Source: Tubulanus polymorphus | Lineage: Eukaryota; Animalia; Nemertea | Reading direction: 5' to 3' | DNA length: 64,000 nucleotides | Assembly: GCF_964204645.1 (NCBI RefSeq) | Contig: NC_134025.1 | Coordinates: 11,532,001-11,596,000, forward strand | Part shown: positions 27,401 through 39,900 of the stretch, in pieces | Layout: each line of letters begins with the position of its first letter | Numbering within the stretch: the first letter of the stretch is position 1 | The notes under the pieces: model-generated | Database searches by the model: none | Seen by the model: the letters and a program-made list of their open reading frames with translations, nothing else | What the model was told of the DNA's origin: nothing | Translations under genes and position numbers: made by a program

Positions 27401-28588
27401 AGCATTTTTGTTGGTATGCGATGCCGATTACGGAGTTGTTAGAAACGTGGTCAAAGATTTAAATGCTTTCGGTGACATGCTAGCATCCTTCCTAGGTCTG
27501 ATAGTATCATAAGATTCTAGCCATTACATATTTGCGCTTAACTGTCAAAATCAATGACAAAATGAAGCGTTAATTATTGTCTAACCTGTCCTTCCTATAA
27601 GAGGAAAAAACCCACTAAGAACGCCCCAGTCATTGAAAGTCTCTTGCTGCTAAGATGTTATTTGAAAGTAGTTGATTTTGCGAACAGAAATCCAAGTTAG
27701 TTAATCCAAGTGTCTACATATCCACCGATGAAGTAAGGCAGTTACTTGTTTTTGATAACCTACCCATGGTTAAAGTTTTGATATTGTGAGGCACGTCACT
27801 GCGTTGATGATTACTGATAATATTATTTCTATTCAGATCGCTCCGGTTTGACCGAGACCGAAAAAATCGAACGAATGCAAGAACCGATGCTGGAAGCAAT
27901 GAAACATTACGTACGGCATAAACATTCTCAGCCTCATATATTCGCGAAAATGATTATGAAACTGACAGATCTGCGGAGTATCAGTGTAAAAGGTACGTAT
28001 GTATCTATGTATATTTTGGTTTGTTTAAGTTTTGTAAGAGCTCTCTGTGGAGTGTAAATGTGAGACTGAGACGTGGATAATTACGCAAATAATTCTGAGA
28101 TTTGATGAATTGGATTGAAAAATTCCTAGATTATGCTTTCAAGTCAATGCAACTTTGAAGAATGTAGAGGTCTTGCAGCCAGCCATATGCTTTTCCAACT
28201 ATGCCATATTGGCTGGTAAACACAATAAGTAATTAACCCTCTTCTTGAGTGACCCTTGAAGTTCGTAAATTCCCTGCTTATATCCCCTGGACGATGTTGT
28301 TTGATATCATGGTTTTGGCTTATCCATATCCATGTGAAGTTTGTGTTAATGCCATAACTAAAGAACTGGTTGAGATAAAATCCTTGAAACTTTTTAGGTA
28401 CATATGTGATGGCATAAAGATGAACTCTATTTATTTAGATTTTTTGCGTTCAATTCGAATTTGTTGTTTTTGCAGGCGCCGAATGCGTATTACATCTACG
28501 TCAAGAGATGCCGGGTGGCGAGGTCCCGCCGCTTATACTGGAAATGCTCGACCGTGTCGAAAACGTAGTCATTCCTAACAACAATTAA
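12358..28588 (+). CDS. RAR: Retinoic acid receptor (NR1B), spliced gene model, ~493-502 aa
   Basis: Exons 12358-12457, 17516-17704/17731, 21845-22089, 22741-22882, 24609-24772, 26418-26585, 27173-27377, 27837-27992, 28476-28588 join in frame through GT-AG introns (1482 or 1509 nt). [36 protein letters not shown]|[11 protein letters not shown] is RAR-specific; [24 protein letters not shown]; AF-2 PPLILEML. Confidence 0.95.
13859..14188. mobile_element. hAT-like MITE with 6-bp TSD, nested in another repeat
   Basis: CATGGTTCCCACAG...CTGTGGGAACAATG flanked by cacagt/cacagt; subterminal gggaa repeats. Confidence 0.8.
14858..15040 (+). repeat. Dispersed repeat family D; inverted partner at ~24215-24398
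   Basis: aactcgaccgccaatcacacaactatatttgtacttcgatttcc.. is the reverse complement of ..ggaaatcgaagtacagatatagttgtgtgatcggcggtcgagtt; fragment also ~10225-10282. Confidence 0.85.
17240..17471 (+). mobile_element. MITE family A copy 1 (TIR CAGAGCTGCCAAC)
   Basis: Homologous to copies at 21051, 26839 and 62722; flanks aactaa/agctaa. Confidence 0.85.
17516..17731 (+). CDS. RAR: RAR A/B-region exon (two possible donors, 17704 or 17731)
   Basis: Acceptor ttttgcag ends 17515; coding-like [27 protein letters not shown]; both donors are phase 1 and match 21845. Confidence 0.75.
21051..21257 (+). mobile_element. MITE family A copy 2
   Basis: cagagctgccaag...ttggcagccctg; TSD atattg/atattg. Confidence 0.88.
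21845..22089 (+). CDS. RAR: RAR exon: polyQ, proline-rich motif, first zinc finger
   Basis: ctag|CA AAT CAA CAG ATG ... CEGCK|gtaggt. Confidence 0.95.
22741..22882 (+). CDS. RAR: RAR exon: second zinc finger
   Basis: [47 protein letters not shown]; not in the ORF track; tag/gt flanks. Confidence 0.97.
24609..24772 (+). CDS. RAR: RAR exon: T/A box, hinge, helix 1
   Basis: [22 protein letters not shown]; cag and gtaagt flanks. Confidence 0.95.
26418..26585 (+). CDS. RAR: RAR exon: LBD helices 3-5
   Basis: [56 protein letters not shown]|gtaagt. Confidence 0.96.
26693..26838 (+). mobile_element. tRNA-derived SINE fragment with Deu/Nin-like core
   Basis: A-box-like gagtggttagac head; core ggcaagactt..ctcactgcctttctccacccagaggtaaatgggta recalled from Nin/Deu-domain SINEs; interrupted by MITE A copy 3. 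Confidence 0.55.
26839..27050 (+). mobile_element. MITE family A copy 3
   Basis: cagagctggtaac...gttggcagctctg; TSD taggtc/taggtc. Confidence 0.88.
27173..27377 (+). CDS. RAR: RAR exon: LBD helix 5 to helix 8
   Basis: [60 protein letters not shown]; AAG acceptor. Confidence 0.95.
27837..27992 (+). CDS. RAR: RAR exon: LBD helices 9-10
   Basis: [44 protein letters not shown]. Confidence 0.96.
28476..28588 (+). CDS. RAR: RAR last coding exon: helices 11-12 (AF-2)
   Basis: [40 protein letters not shown] at 28586-28588; frame differs from the ORF-track entry. Confidence 0.95.
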
Positions 28589-28974
28589 ATGAAATTTAAA
28601 AAATGCCGAACTTGTGATAAATAAAATATTATGCGGGTATCTTTTCATCAAGATGCTCATTAGGAACTTCTCAGGAACGTTGCTGCATAATTTCGTAGAC
28701 GTCTTTAAAAAGAGTAGTGGACGCGCCGCATTAACGCCGACGAATACTCTGGACAGAAATGATGATCGTCAAATATTTGCCGTTTTACGATTCGATGAGA
28801 GCGCTTACGCGGGTGGTTGGATTGATGCAGCACGCGTAAGAATATTCGAAAAATCTCAACTGAATCGTTGGCTAGATACTGATAGTCGAATTGATGACAA
28901 TCGAACAAAGCAAATTTGACGCTTTCGTGAATTCACACTGATTCTTGCATCACATGTACACCTCGTAATCGTTA

Positions 28975-28976
<2 letters not shown>

Positions 28977-29005
<29 letters not shown>
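28977..29005. repeat. (TTA)n microsatellite in RAR 3' UTR
   Basis: ttattattatt..; a degenerate second tract at ~29542-29620. Confidence 0.9.
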
Positions 29006-29006
<1 letters not shown>

Positions 29007-32000
29007 GCTAATGTTCATATGTAGTAGATTACGGTACTTATGATTTTGGCTGCGCAGTAGAAAAAGAAAGCTGTTTTCCGCTGATTTTTTATGAAATGAT
29101 AGGTATGTGTAGAACTGTAGCGAATTCGGATGACGAACTCGAAAAAGAATATTTCAAAATTCGCACTGTCTATATGATGCAAAAGCTGTCCTGAAATTCC
29201 TAAATGTCTGTGGGATTTGTTGTAAGGTTTAACCATTTTGGGGATGTACGAATGTATGGGGGACGTATGAAGGAAAGTTCCAATTGGAACGCATGCATAA
29301 CGATGAACATATAGTAAACTATTTGACTGCACTTAAAACTTCTTAAATAGAGGTGTCAATCGTTATGATAATATCTCAACCTTGCACCCTAACGCGTATA
29401 CAATTGTTATGGCACTGGTTCAAGGTCTACGACTCCTGGTTCGTGGTATAGGGGAGGGGGGTAGTTGGACGTCAAGCACCTATTTGTTATACTCTTGTGG
29501 TATGATTTTATGTCGCACACGAATTGCGATTTGTAGTAAGATTATTATTATATATTATAAATATCTATATTATTATTATCATTATTATTATTATGATTAT
29601 TGATATTATATCATCATTACGGTATTATTGTAAGATATTTGCATGTTCTTGTGCTGTATATGTAGAATTAGAGCTACCCGGTAATCGTCGCTGTCAGAAA
29701 CCCGGTTTTGGAACGTACTGTTGTGAATCATGAGAAATTATGAATATATATATGAGATATATGAGTATATCGCGGAGTGTCGGAATAAACTTGAACATTT
29801 AGCTGAATCCGTAGAAATGTCGAGTCAACATCCCCTGGCTTATTTATAACTTTATTTTATTGACCTCTGAGATTTTATATCTAACTGCGATGAATTAATG
29901 AGTAATGGGGAACCCGCAATAACCAGCTATACCACCAGATGGTGTGACCAGCAGTAGGACGTCCGTTGTCAAAATTAGTGCATTTTCAATGAACTTAGAA
30001 CTGTACTCCAGAGTCCATACATTTTCACCACACCCGCCAAATATACATTCATTCTTCGACACAGATATCAGTATAGTTTTCATAGAGGAATTGATTTGTT
30101 TTAGAGAAGAGTTCATTAAGATTTACCGTAATTGAAATGTAGAAGAAATCGAACGCGGACGACCAACTATCTACTAGCGAACCTGGCGGATCCTCGCCTG
30201 CCATATGTGGAATCCTCGCTTGCCACAGTAGCACTGCGGGTACCCCATTGCTAATGAAAAGTAAAACCAATTTTTATCTCGAAATGCCTTATATGTAACT
30301 TTCGTTGCAGAAATGATACGTCAAATTAATTATTACTTTCATTATTACAAAAACCCTCTTGCTGGCCGGGGTAAGTGATGAAAGCTTTCAAATGCTAGAG
30401 GTAAAAATGCTTGCCGGTGATATCTTTTTTACTCTTCATACCGAGTGCCGAAATTTTGGTATGTGATACCCAGCCCTTTTAGTGAAAAAAAGAGTAAATG
30501 GGATGTGTAACCAGACCAATCAACGAATCATGCGACCCTAAGTAAAAAGAAATGCTTATAACTTGCAAGTCAAATTTAATTCGAACTTTTGACCTGGATC
30601 CTGTTGGCTAAAAGTAAACTTACAGGATATGTAGACTTTACGGACTGATATATATATATATATATTATATATAAGTAGATGGATAAAATTTGTCAGGCAG
30701 TTTCTTCTGTTTTAACACCCGCTCTGACAGAATTACTGCTTATATTCATTGTTATTTTTGCTATTCTTTTGCATGATCTTTCTATAAATGCTATATCACG
30801 GTCATAGTTATAGCAGTAGAGCACTGTTTGAAGTTTAGCTTGCCACTGAAGATTTAGGTATTTTGTATCTCTTGTAACTGGAAATTTGGCCGTGCTTCAA
30901 AACTAGTTAACATTGCTTATAGGAATTAGCCAATTCTAATGACTGTGAAGCCTTGAAATCGAAATACTAATTTGTTACACAAGTAGATTGCTGTGTAGGA
31001 TTTGTGGCTGGTTGTACGTGTATTTTACTTTTTAGGAGTGATCCGATCAGATCATCTACACGTCTACAAAGAATTAATTTTTAATGAAATGCATGATTTT
31101 ATATAAGATTCACCTCTTCAAGCTCTCTGAAGTGAATTTGCTTTCTAGTAAAATGAAAGAGACACTGCATTTGCACCAAGCACGATGTAGTTTTATTGTG
31201 AGTAGAAAAACCTCCTTGATGTCATTTTCACATGTGAGCGGCTTATTGAAATGATTTGAATTTTGTATTGGGTATAAGGGCAGCATTCCTGTATAATTTT
31301 TTTTTGAAGTACCGTAACTGAAATTTTCCTTGATTAGTTGTATAAGGGTTCGCACCCCAAAACTTTAAATACTGGAATGCTGGATGAGTATTTCGTGAAT
31401 ACTGAATTTTAGAGAGAGTTTAGTTCATTTCATAAACAAAGCATACTTTTCAACTTAATGAGATTCTTACTACTTTGACTGAGCTAATTGCCCTTTAATT
31501 ACGTATAAGCCATGCTCAAATCTTCAGACGTACACCAGTTGTAATTGTTGACCGTCATATAACCACTTCCAGATTCCTAGATTTGACTCACTACAGATCT
31601 TGCATACCAAAAATACTGGCAATCCTTGTAATGTGAATACTGCAAATAGGTGTCATCTCTCTTGTATTGTAACAAGGTTATCGGACAAACTATATACATT
31701 TTGATGAATAAGGTTGCAAACTTTTTGAAGTGGCGCACGATCTATTACATCATGATCAACTCTATGCGCAAACTCCGGTGGCACCACCAGAACTTCCGTA
31801 CTGGTATAACATCAGTTCAGCAATGCATGCCAAAATGGAACTAAGAGAGAAAATGTATTTTGGGATGTTTCATGGGATTGTCTGGCCTGTACTGGCCACT
31901 AAACGTCTAATTCAACTACGGTACACTTGAGTTATGGTATATGAATTTGAATGTAGTTTAGACTACTTAATCCAGATCAGTTCAACCCGTATTTTGATCT

Positions 32001-32013
32001 CGTCTCGGAACTA

Positions 32014-32158
32014 CAGTAGACTCCTGTCAAGTCAGATCATTTAGAACCGTAAAAGTGTGTCCGACCTAAGTAATATCCGAGTGGGATGTTGTTATGTATT
32101 TCTTTGCATCACAAAAAATATTTGAGTTGATAGGATCCGAATCGGGCGGAGTTTACTG
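32014..32158. mobile_element. Tc1/mariner (pogo-type) MITE
   Basis: TA-CAGTAGACTCC...GGAGTTTACTG-TA. Confidence 0.7.
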
Positions 32159-33459
32159 TATGTATAAAGACCACCTTAACATAGGCCTATGCAAAAATGT
32201 CTTCAATCCCGATCGATTTCTTAATAATAACGAGATGAATTTCATCTGTCCCGTACGATCCAGAATAAGTGACAGCGAGTAGACATTTTTCTTGGTCACC
32301 GATGTTTACCCCCTGTAAAATCACTTAACCGTGTAATCTGTGGAGTTGAATTGTAGATTCACGTAGCATACAGTAAACCTAGTCTTAATCAGACATGGCC
32401 AACTAGGATTTTTGAATGACTATGACTAAAACTTGATCATTTTTCTGACTTCTGAATATATTTTCCTGATTTTGCTTACCTTGGACCAATTTTCTCAGTT
32501 TGTCTGAGTCGGACACACTTCACAGAATATGAATAGGTTTTCGGAAGGCACGATGTATTAGTGGTGTTATTTTAACGGTAGTACTTGCGTGTACTAACAC
32601 AAATGCACATTCTTGTCCATCGCGAGATATATATTAAATTCCCAATTATACATGTATATGTGCTATCAGTTGATTGAGAATTGTGATAATATTATTGTTA
32701 TTATATAGATATTAGATGTTTGTATATGTACAGTGTGATTGATCTATTTTGACAGGACTTTTTGGGTACATCGATTTTTAAATGACGTCAACATAACTAC
32801 CACATACATGTGTATAGGAACGGCATCTTGAGCACGTTGATGATCGGAATCAGTGTATTTGCCTACATGATTGACGCCTTTGATAGATAGATACATCCCG
32901 CGAACTGCATGATTTGTAGTCATCTTCATTTGTCATCAACTGAGATCATCATTATTCACCCAGAAACGTTGGACCAGGCCTGAGCCAAATTCTAGCACAG
33001 GTCAAATCATTGCGTTTGAATTTCATCTGGTTCCAAAAGTGTCTTACTTCGCTTTGTTTAGTAACCAGTGAAGGGTTTGCGTGTGAATGCGCTCTCTAAT
33101 TAGGTACAGGCTAAATTTGACTCAGGCCAGATCTGTGCCAATTTGGCCAGGGCCGAGTTGTCTCCAAGTGATCGCGGCTATACTGTTGAATCTGTATGAA
33201 CCTGAGAACTATTGCGCGCGTCTGATTTTGTCTACATATTTGTGACACAGATTATTGGATTTCGAATTGCAGATTTTAAAATTAGGCAATATTCTGAGTT
33301 ATGCAGATTCGATCGTATATACACTATCCCTAGTTTCATGCAAATCTGTTTTCTTCTCATCCGATATGGCTGATTGACAGCCTTAATTCGCGTTGAAATA
33401 CACATCCCTCGTTTTCTGAACAAGGTTTGGCTACATAGCACGGGGGTCAGTCCAATATA

Positions 33460-33647
33460 CAGTGGAACTTTGTTATAAAAACCTCAGATATATTACGATT
33501 CATCGATTATAGATAGAATTTCATCGCAAATAGGATTTTGATAATTTCAGACTTAGTTTACCTGGTTCCACTTTAAATGGGCCAAACATTTCATCCGAAT
33601 TAAGTGAAAATCCTGATTGAAAAATATAAATTAAGGAAGTTCTACTG
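33460..33647. mobile_element. Tc1/mariner (pogo-type) MITE
   Basis: TA-CAGTGGAACTT...AAGTTCTACTG-TA. Confidence 0.65.
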
Positions 33648-34603
33648 TATAACGAACATATCTGAAGTTTGTTGTAATGAGGTGCCACTGTGGCTGGAAA
33701 TATGTATGGGATAATAATTTCTCCGTATAAACCCTCATTTTTCACTGCCCAATCGTTTAGGGACCAGTCGAGAAAAGGTTAACACCAACACTTGGTCTGC
33801 ATTTGCTCAGGGATGAAATAGTTTTTCAGACGTGTCTGTGATTGAAAATGATTATGAACATTATCAAAACCATTACAAAAGAAATTTCACGCATGCAGCA
33901 TCGACGAATTATTTAGAGGACGTTAGTTTAAACTTTTCTAGATCTCACGCACGGAAGAGGGATTTCACTGAGTTTAATAAACCTTTCATTTTACTTAAAT
34001 TCGATATACATTTCATTGAAACGATCTGCTGAAATTGATTTTTTAAAGAGTTTTTCATGAATTAGCTCGGTAAACCAACCATATAGTGAATACTGGTCGA
34101 ACCTTTTGATGGAATTTTTTGATAAGTTTTAATGCAAATGTCAATCTGTATGCCTGGACACCCCTTATATCCTTAATAACAATTTTTCCACTATTTGGAA
34201 ATTCAGGCTCACATGTTCTCAGGAGACTCAGTTTTGAGTGCCAAATGGACTAGAATCACTAGTCATTAGTCATTTATAATCAACGTTTTGAAAAATTACG
34301 CACTTCATTGTTAATGACTGAATGGGTCAATCCAGGCTGCAGATTAATAGCTGCAATACATAAAACATAGCATTATATTCTGCATCAAGTTTGAATTATG
34401 TATCAACCACCTAAGATTAAAGTACTAATTTTAACAGGTTTTTTTGCAACACTGAGAATTGATCGATCCTTCTGACAAAACTTCACTTGTACAAATGACT
34501 AAAAGTAATGTAAAATCCACAATTGTTGCAGTAATTGCTGTTTTATAGTAAAACTGTGTAGTTTTTCTGGACTCTTCTATACAGAGCCTTGGAGGTGGAG
34601 AAT

Positions 34604-34649
34604 AATAAAAGTCAAATACGATTATTTTAATTCACTGGTGTTGTTTATT
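34604..34649. terminator. Facing poly(A) signals between RAR and the LRIF1-like gene
   Basis: AATAAA on + at 34604-34609 and on - at 34644-34649. Confidence 0.45.
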
Positions 34650-36906
34650 ATTATTTTATGATTTAAAGGACTTTGAATTTACCTTTACTACCTCAAGTAA
34701 AGTAGTGCCATGTGATGAGAAATAATGAGAAAGATTATGGATATTAAAAGGATTCCATCTGTATGGTGGGGGCAGTGTTAAGTATTCCATCACTTAGGTG
34801 TGTTTGTTTTTTTAAGATCAATTTTTCAATTGATAACGTCTTGGGGGTCGTTCGGAAGTGCTGATTCCATAGCGATTCTCGGTGATCAAAAAGGAAGCAC
34901 TAATGTTAGGGTCCAAGCAGCAGATGATGCACTCATGTACCTTGTGGATGCACAAGTGAAGATGAATGAGTCCCTAATCTCTCAAACCAAACGAATCAAC
35001 TTCCACCAAACGAACTAAACCAACATATAACATGATGTTATTTAGATATTTCACTATGAAAGTATTTTTACAAAATTCCTGTTTCAATTTATGAATAGTT
35101 CACTCCTGATACGAGAAAGCAGCCATGCTAAAAAGTAACTAAAACTGTCTAACTAATTAAAACTGAATCGCGTCTTCAAAATTTTTAAACCTTTTTACAG
35201 TCAGTTCCATATTTGTAAGTTAATTTTGGCGCTGTAGACTACAATGACAAAAAATAACAGCCGTTTCAAAAATGTAAATTGTTATTAAACTGGGTCTGGT
35301 CAAATATTTTTCAATAACATATCAAACTGTTGCCATTTACAATAGAAAATAACACCTATCGGTAACCTCTAACTGATCTCAGACCCTGAAATTGGGGCTA
35401 GTCATAGTCTATTAAGTGTACATGAAATACATAAATAAATTCAGGAAAACAAATTATCATGTTATGCATTAGCTATTACACCTTTCACTGCACCTACCCT
35501 GTGTACAAGGGACCCACCATAACTGCGCATAGACACATTTCTTTAATTGATATCTTAATATGGAACTACTGGCCCAGGGACACCATACCCGTTTGGTGAA
35601 ATGCTTGACAATATACATATATGTGAATACCATGTTATTCAGCTATTAAACGCCCCCTTGTGACAACAAACAGTAACAAATGACCTTGAAAGCCAACACA
35701 ATCATAAAGCATAGGCCTATCATGAGCTATGTATTTGCAATTGATTATGATTACAAAGTATGCATAGGTAGTTTATGCCAATGTAAAAGGAAAAATTGAG
35801 TATAATTCAATATCCAACTCCCCCTGCTGAACCAAAAACTGGATTACCCCAATTCCATATAAGGCAATGCGCCCTATGAAAATGCTAACAATTACTAAAT
35901 ATCTAGACTATCAGTTAAAACTATCCTCAAATTTTTCTGAAAAAAAAAAACCTTTATATCCTATGCAAGAGGACTGATGACACTAATGTTGGCCACCAAT
36001 TATGTGAAAATTGATCAGTCGAAATACCTATCTGATCTTATCCCAGAGTACCGTATATACATCGCAAACATACTTGAATAATGGCTGACCAACAGTTAGC
36101 TAAAAATTTAGGCAAATAATGACCTTTTATGGGCATAAAAAGGTCACGAGGTGGCCTTGGTGACTGATCAACCCAATTATTTTATGAGGATGGACCCTAA
36201 GGGATACAAATCAAACATCAAGAAAATTGATCACCGTATCTCCAGAATTTCCCTCGAAAAAACATTTAAATTGTGTAAAAAGTACTGATGAAGTGAACCG
36301 ATCGAAAGATGTATAAACAAAATATCAAGACAATACATAGAAGCATCGTCAAGACTTCTCTGTAGGCCGGATTCTGTCTACAGACGGACGTACAGGCGAA
36401 TGGATGGACTACGGATGAAAAGTGAAGGCAATCGCCCACTGGAAATTAAGTACAAAGTGGGCTAAAAATGGTAGCACCAATTGTTCATCTTTAACCTTAA
36501 GCATAGCTGGCAGCAAGAAATACAAGACAGAAATGCTTTTCTGGCTTGTTTCATGACTGTAAGCGGTGTTCCTTAAACCTGAAACCTTTTTTCACTCGTT
36601 TTAGTTGCTATGTGCGATGGTCAAGAGTCACAAGTATGCGACAACCAATCTATCAGCAGCAGTATACAGATTACATAACTGACCAAAATGGCAATGAACA
36701 TAACCAGTAACTATGCTGTAGGTTTGTTTTGGTGTTTATCGTTTCATTGGTTTCAGGTTTAAGCCCGGCTATGTGCACTAGGCTTTAGCGTAAGTAACGA
36801 TACATGTCTAGATGCAATACAAGGATACAATGTTATATAGCGCTGCAGTTGACTGAAATTTCTCAAATTTACTCCCAGCAGCATCCATTTCAATACCGCT
36901 GAACGA

Positions 36907-39900
36907 TCAGTTCGCATTGAGGCATTGTTTTCGCAGTTCATCGAGAGTTCTTTGTTTTTCGTTCAATAATTCTCTGAGTTTTGAAATGCGTTCGATACCA
37001 TCCAACCCAGCGAGATTCGTGTCTTCGTCGTCGTCGTTATCAACGTCGCCATTTGTTACGCAATCGCCCCTGAATTCCTGAAAAACGTGCGCATCGTTGC
37101 CGGAGCACTCGTTTAATCCGGGCTCGGACTTGATCGATTCGTAGCTTAAACCGCCGTCGACCGGTTCCGGTTTGACGTTATTTTTACACGCATAGCATGT
37201 CGGCCAGAAATTCTTCTCGATTCGATCGGAATCATCCGCTGGTTCGTGTTTGATTTTCTTTTCGCTCGACGCGGAGTCGACGACGTTTTCAGCCTCGCGT
37301 TTCCGCGATACTTCATCGGAAGAGATCGCGTCTGAATCCGACGACGGTTCCTTTTTAACGGTCACGCTCGATTCCTGTCGATGATTATTACGCACGTGTG
37401 TATCGCCGTGATTGCAAGTTATCGCGGCATCATTAACTGCGGGTTGTACATTCGGCACGGCAACTGACGGCGCTTTTTCCGTAGTCCCAACCGACATGCG
37501 GTTGTCGTTTTGAGACATTATCGATGATAAATCGTTAACTAAGCTCACTAAACTCGAGGTAGCTCCGTCGCGAGAAGCGCCGCCGTCATCGTGTTTCAAC
37601 TCGCTTTCGGAAGACGATTCGTTTCGATACGCTTTGATTATACGCACCATCTCTGCGCACATGCGAGCGTAATGCGTTTTATCCAACAGGAAATGACCGT
37701 TGTTCACTGCCAGCAGTTTGAAATTTCGCTTCAAGAAATCAGCGTCGTCGACGTGCAACGCCACGTCCAAATCCGACAGAATCCAGCCATATCGGATATT
37801 CTTTCCGCGATCGGTGAACTTGATACATTTTCGATGGTCTTTCGAATTTTTCATCGTCATCAAAACGTCAATCAATTTCGCTTTGAACTGGCCGGACAGT
37901 TTGATTTTCGTGTTACTCGATTCACAGCAAATTCGTTTTTCGAGGCAACCGCTGCACAAACACGACTCGCCATCATCGTCGCACTCCGACGATCTGACGA
38001 CGCATCGCGAGCAACGCGCATACCGCGGCGATGCCATTTTGACTTTAAGCTGTAGCGGGTCGTCGCACGTTATCACATATGTCTCGTCCGGCCGAACGGT
38101 GTCGTAACGTGGTTTGCGCTGACGCCAGTTCGAGTGTCGGTAGCGACGTTTGTTGAATTTCAACAGTTCTCGATTTCGCGCGTGAACTTTCGATTTTCCG
38201 GCGAGCGCCTTCGAAATGTCGGTAAGCCGCACTGAACACCGTCGATGCCACATGATGTACGTCTCCGCTTCTTTTCGGCGAGCGATCTCTTCGAATGCTA
38301 ATTTGCACACGCAAGACGGCTTTTTTGTCCGATCAGTAGTTGAGTCCAGTTGCATTTTCACTTTAACTTTAGATTGGCTCTTCTCTGATACCGGCATCTT
38401 TAACCGGTGTTGGACACTTTCTTCGATAATTCCCTCTGAAGCATTTTGATTTACCGACGAAGCGCTCGCAGCCAGGCTGTATACGGCATCTATCCTCAAT
38501 CCTAAATCGTTTTCGACTGCCTCGACACACGGAGCGCTACCGCTAGATTGGTCTGAGTGTATTAACGACTGATACGCGAGTACCGACACCGGAGCGCTGC
38601 ATCGCGGCTGAACATTCGAATCGAGTTCAAGATCATTTAGTCGGCGTTGCTGTTGAACCGTCGAATCACGGGCTACCGGTTTATGATTGTCGCTCAACGG
38701 TTGTCGAAGAGGTTTCGGATCGCGCTCGATACAACTATTCTTCAAGCGAACATCATTTTTCTGAATATCAGAAGTTCCGGGGTAAGTTACAGTAGGTCTA
38801 CTCACAACTTGGGACGATGAGATACTGGTACGATTACTAGTGATAGTGTGCGATGTAACATTAGTATTTGCAACATTCAAACGAACGAATACCGTGCGGC
38901 CATTTTGTTTTACCTCTTGAAATCTTTTATCAGCCGTCGGCGAATGCGCGTCCGCAGTATTCGGCAAAGATGGAATCGCACAGAAGCTTTGTTGCCCCGT
39001 CGAAGAGGTTACATTCGTCGTCGATACTACCGATCGATTAAGAGCAGACGCGCTTACTTCACCTCGCGACAGTCGCGACTGCGTTCCGGTCGCGATAGCA
39101 TTATGAGCATCGGCATTTGGCTTATCAGCCGTAACCACAAGCGATCGCTCGCTAACAGCGCTATTAATGCCTCGTGGCTTTTCTCCGGGGATTAGCAATA
39201 TAATCGATTTACCGTCTTCCGTCGACTTCTTCATAGTGTACCAAACTCTACTGCCCTGACTGCCCTTATTCTGCAAATACTGCGAAGATACGGTCTTATT
39301 GTTATCGAAATTCAGTCGGGTTGGGACAGCGGGTTTGTCCGCGGTCGTGCGCCTCAAATTTCCATCATTAGTCGAACTTATCAAATTGTTCATTGACTTA
39401 CCGCTCTGAGGTGCTATATTACTGGTTGAACATTTCGACATATGCCAGTTTAGTTTACCGTCCTCACCTCTTATTATTATAGGAATCAGTTTTTTTTCTC
39501 TGACTGTCACAGTTTTCGATTTTTTTGTAAGCCAACGTGACTGCGGCGGATGTACAATAACTTTCCGTAGATGTTCGACGACGTTTGCGGACGTTTTCGT
39601 CGATGACGTTGCCGCCGAATTGACAAAGCTCTGACCGACGTTCGACGATGACTGAGCAGGCATTCTGACAGAATCATTAGAATCACATTTATCGATTTGT
39701 TTTTCAGGCCTCAAACATTTGATAATTTTCATCGGCATGCGTTGCGCAACAGAACTGCCATTTGGGCAAACGTTTTTAGCCTTCAATGCTGCGGATATCG
39801 CGTTATTTTCTGACGCCAATGTCCATACCATCTTCGTACCTGCATTCTGCTTAACTGGATGTCCAGTTTGTAATTGTACCCCGTTATAATTCCTGATGCC

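Noticed and set aside
28249-28919. ORF-track entries of 109 and 101 aa at the RAR 3' end
   Set aside because: The real exon uses another frame (28476-28588); the rest is intron or UTR.
36120-36146. tgacct..aggtca inverted half sites
   Set aside because: Part of a longer hairpin (tgaccttttat/ataaaaaggtca) with non-canonical spacing; more likely repeat-derived.
37591-39195. Plus-strand ORFs of 77-154 aa
   Set aside because: Antisense shadows of the GC-richer 1059-aa coding exon.
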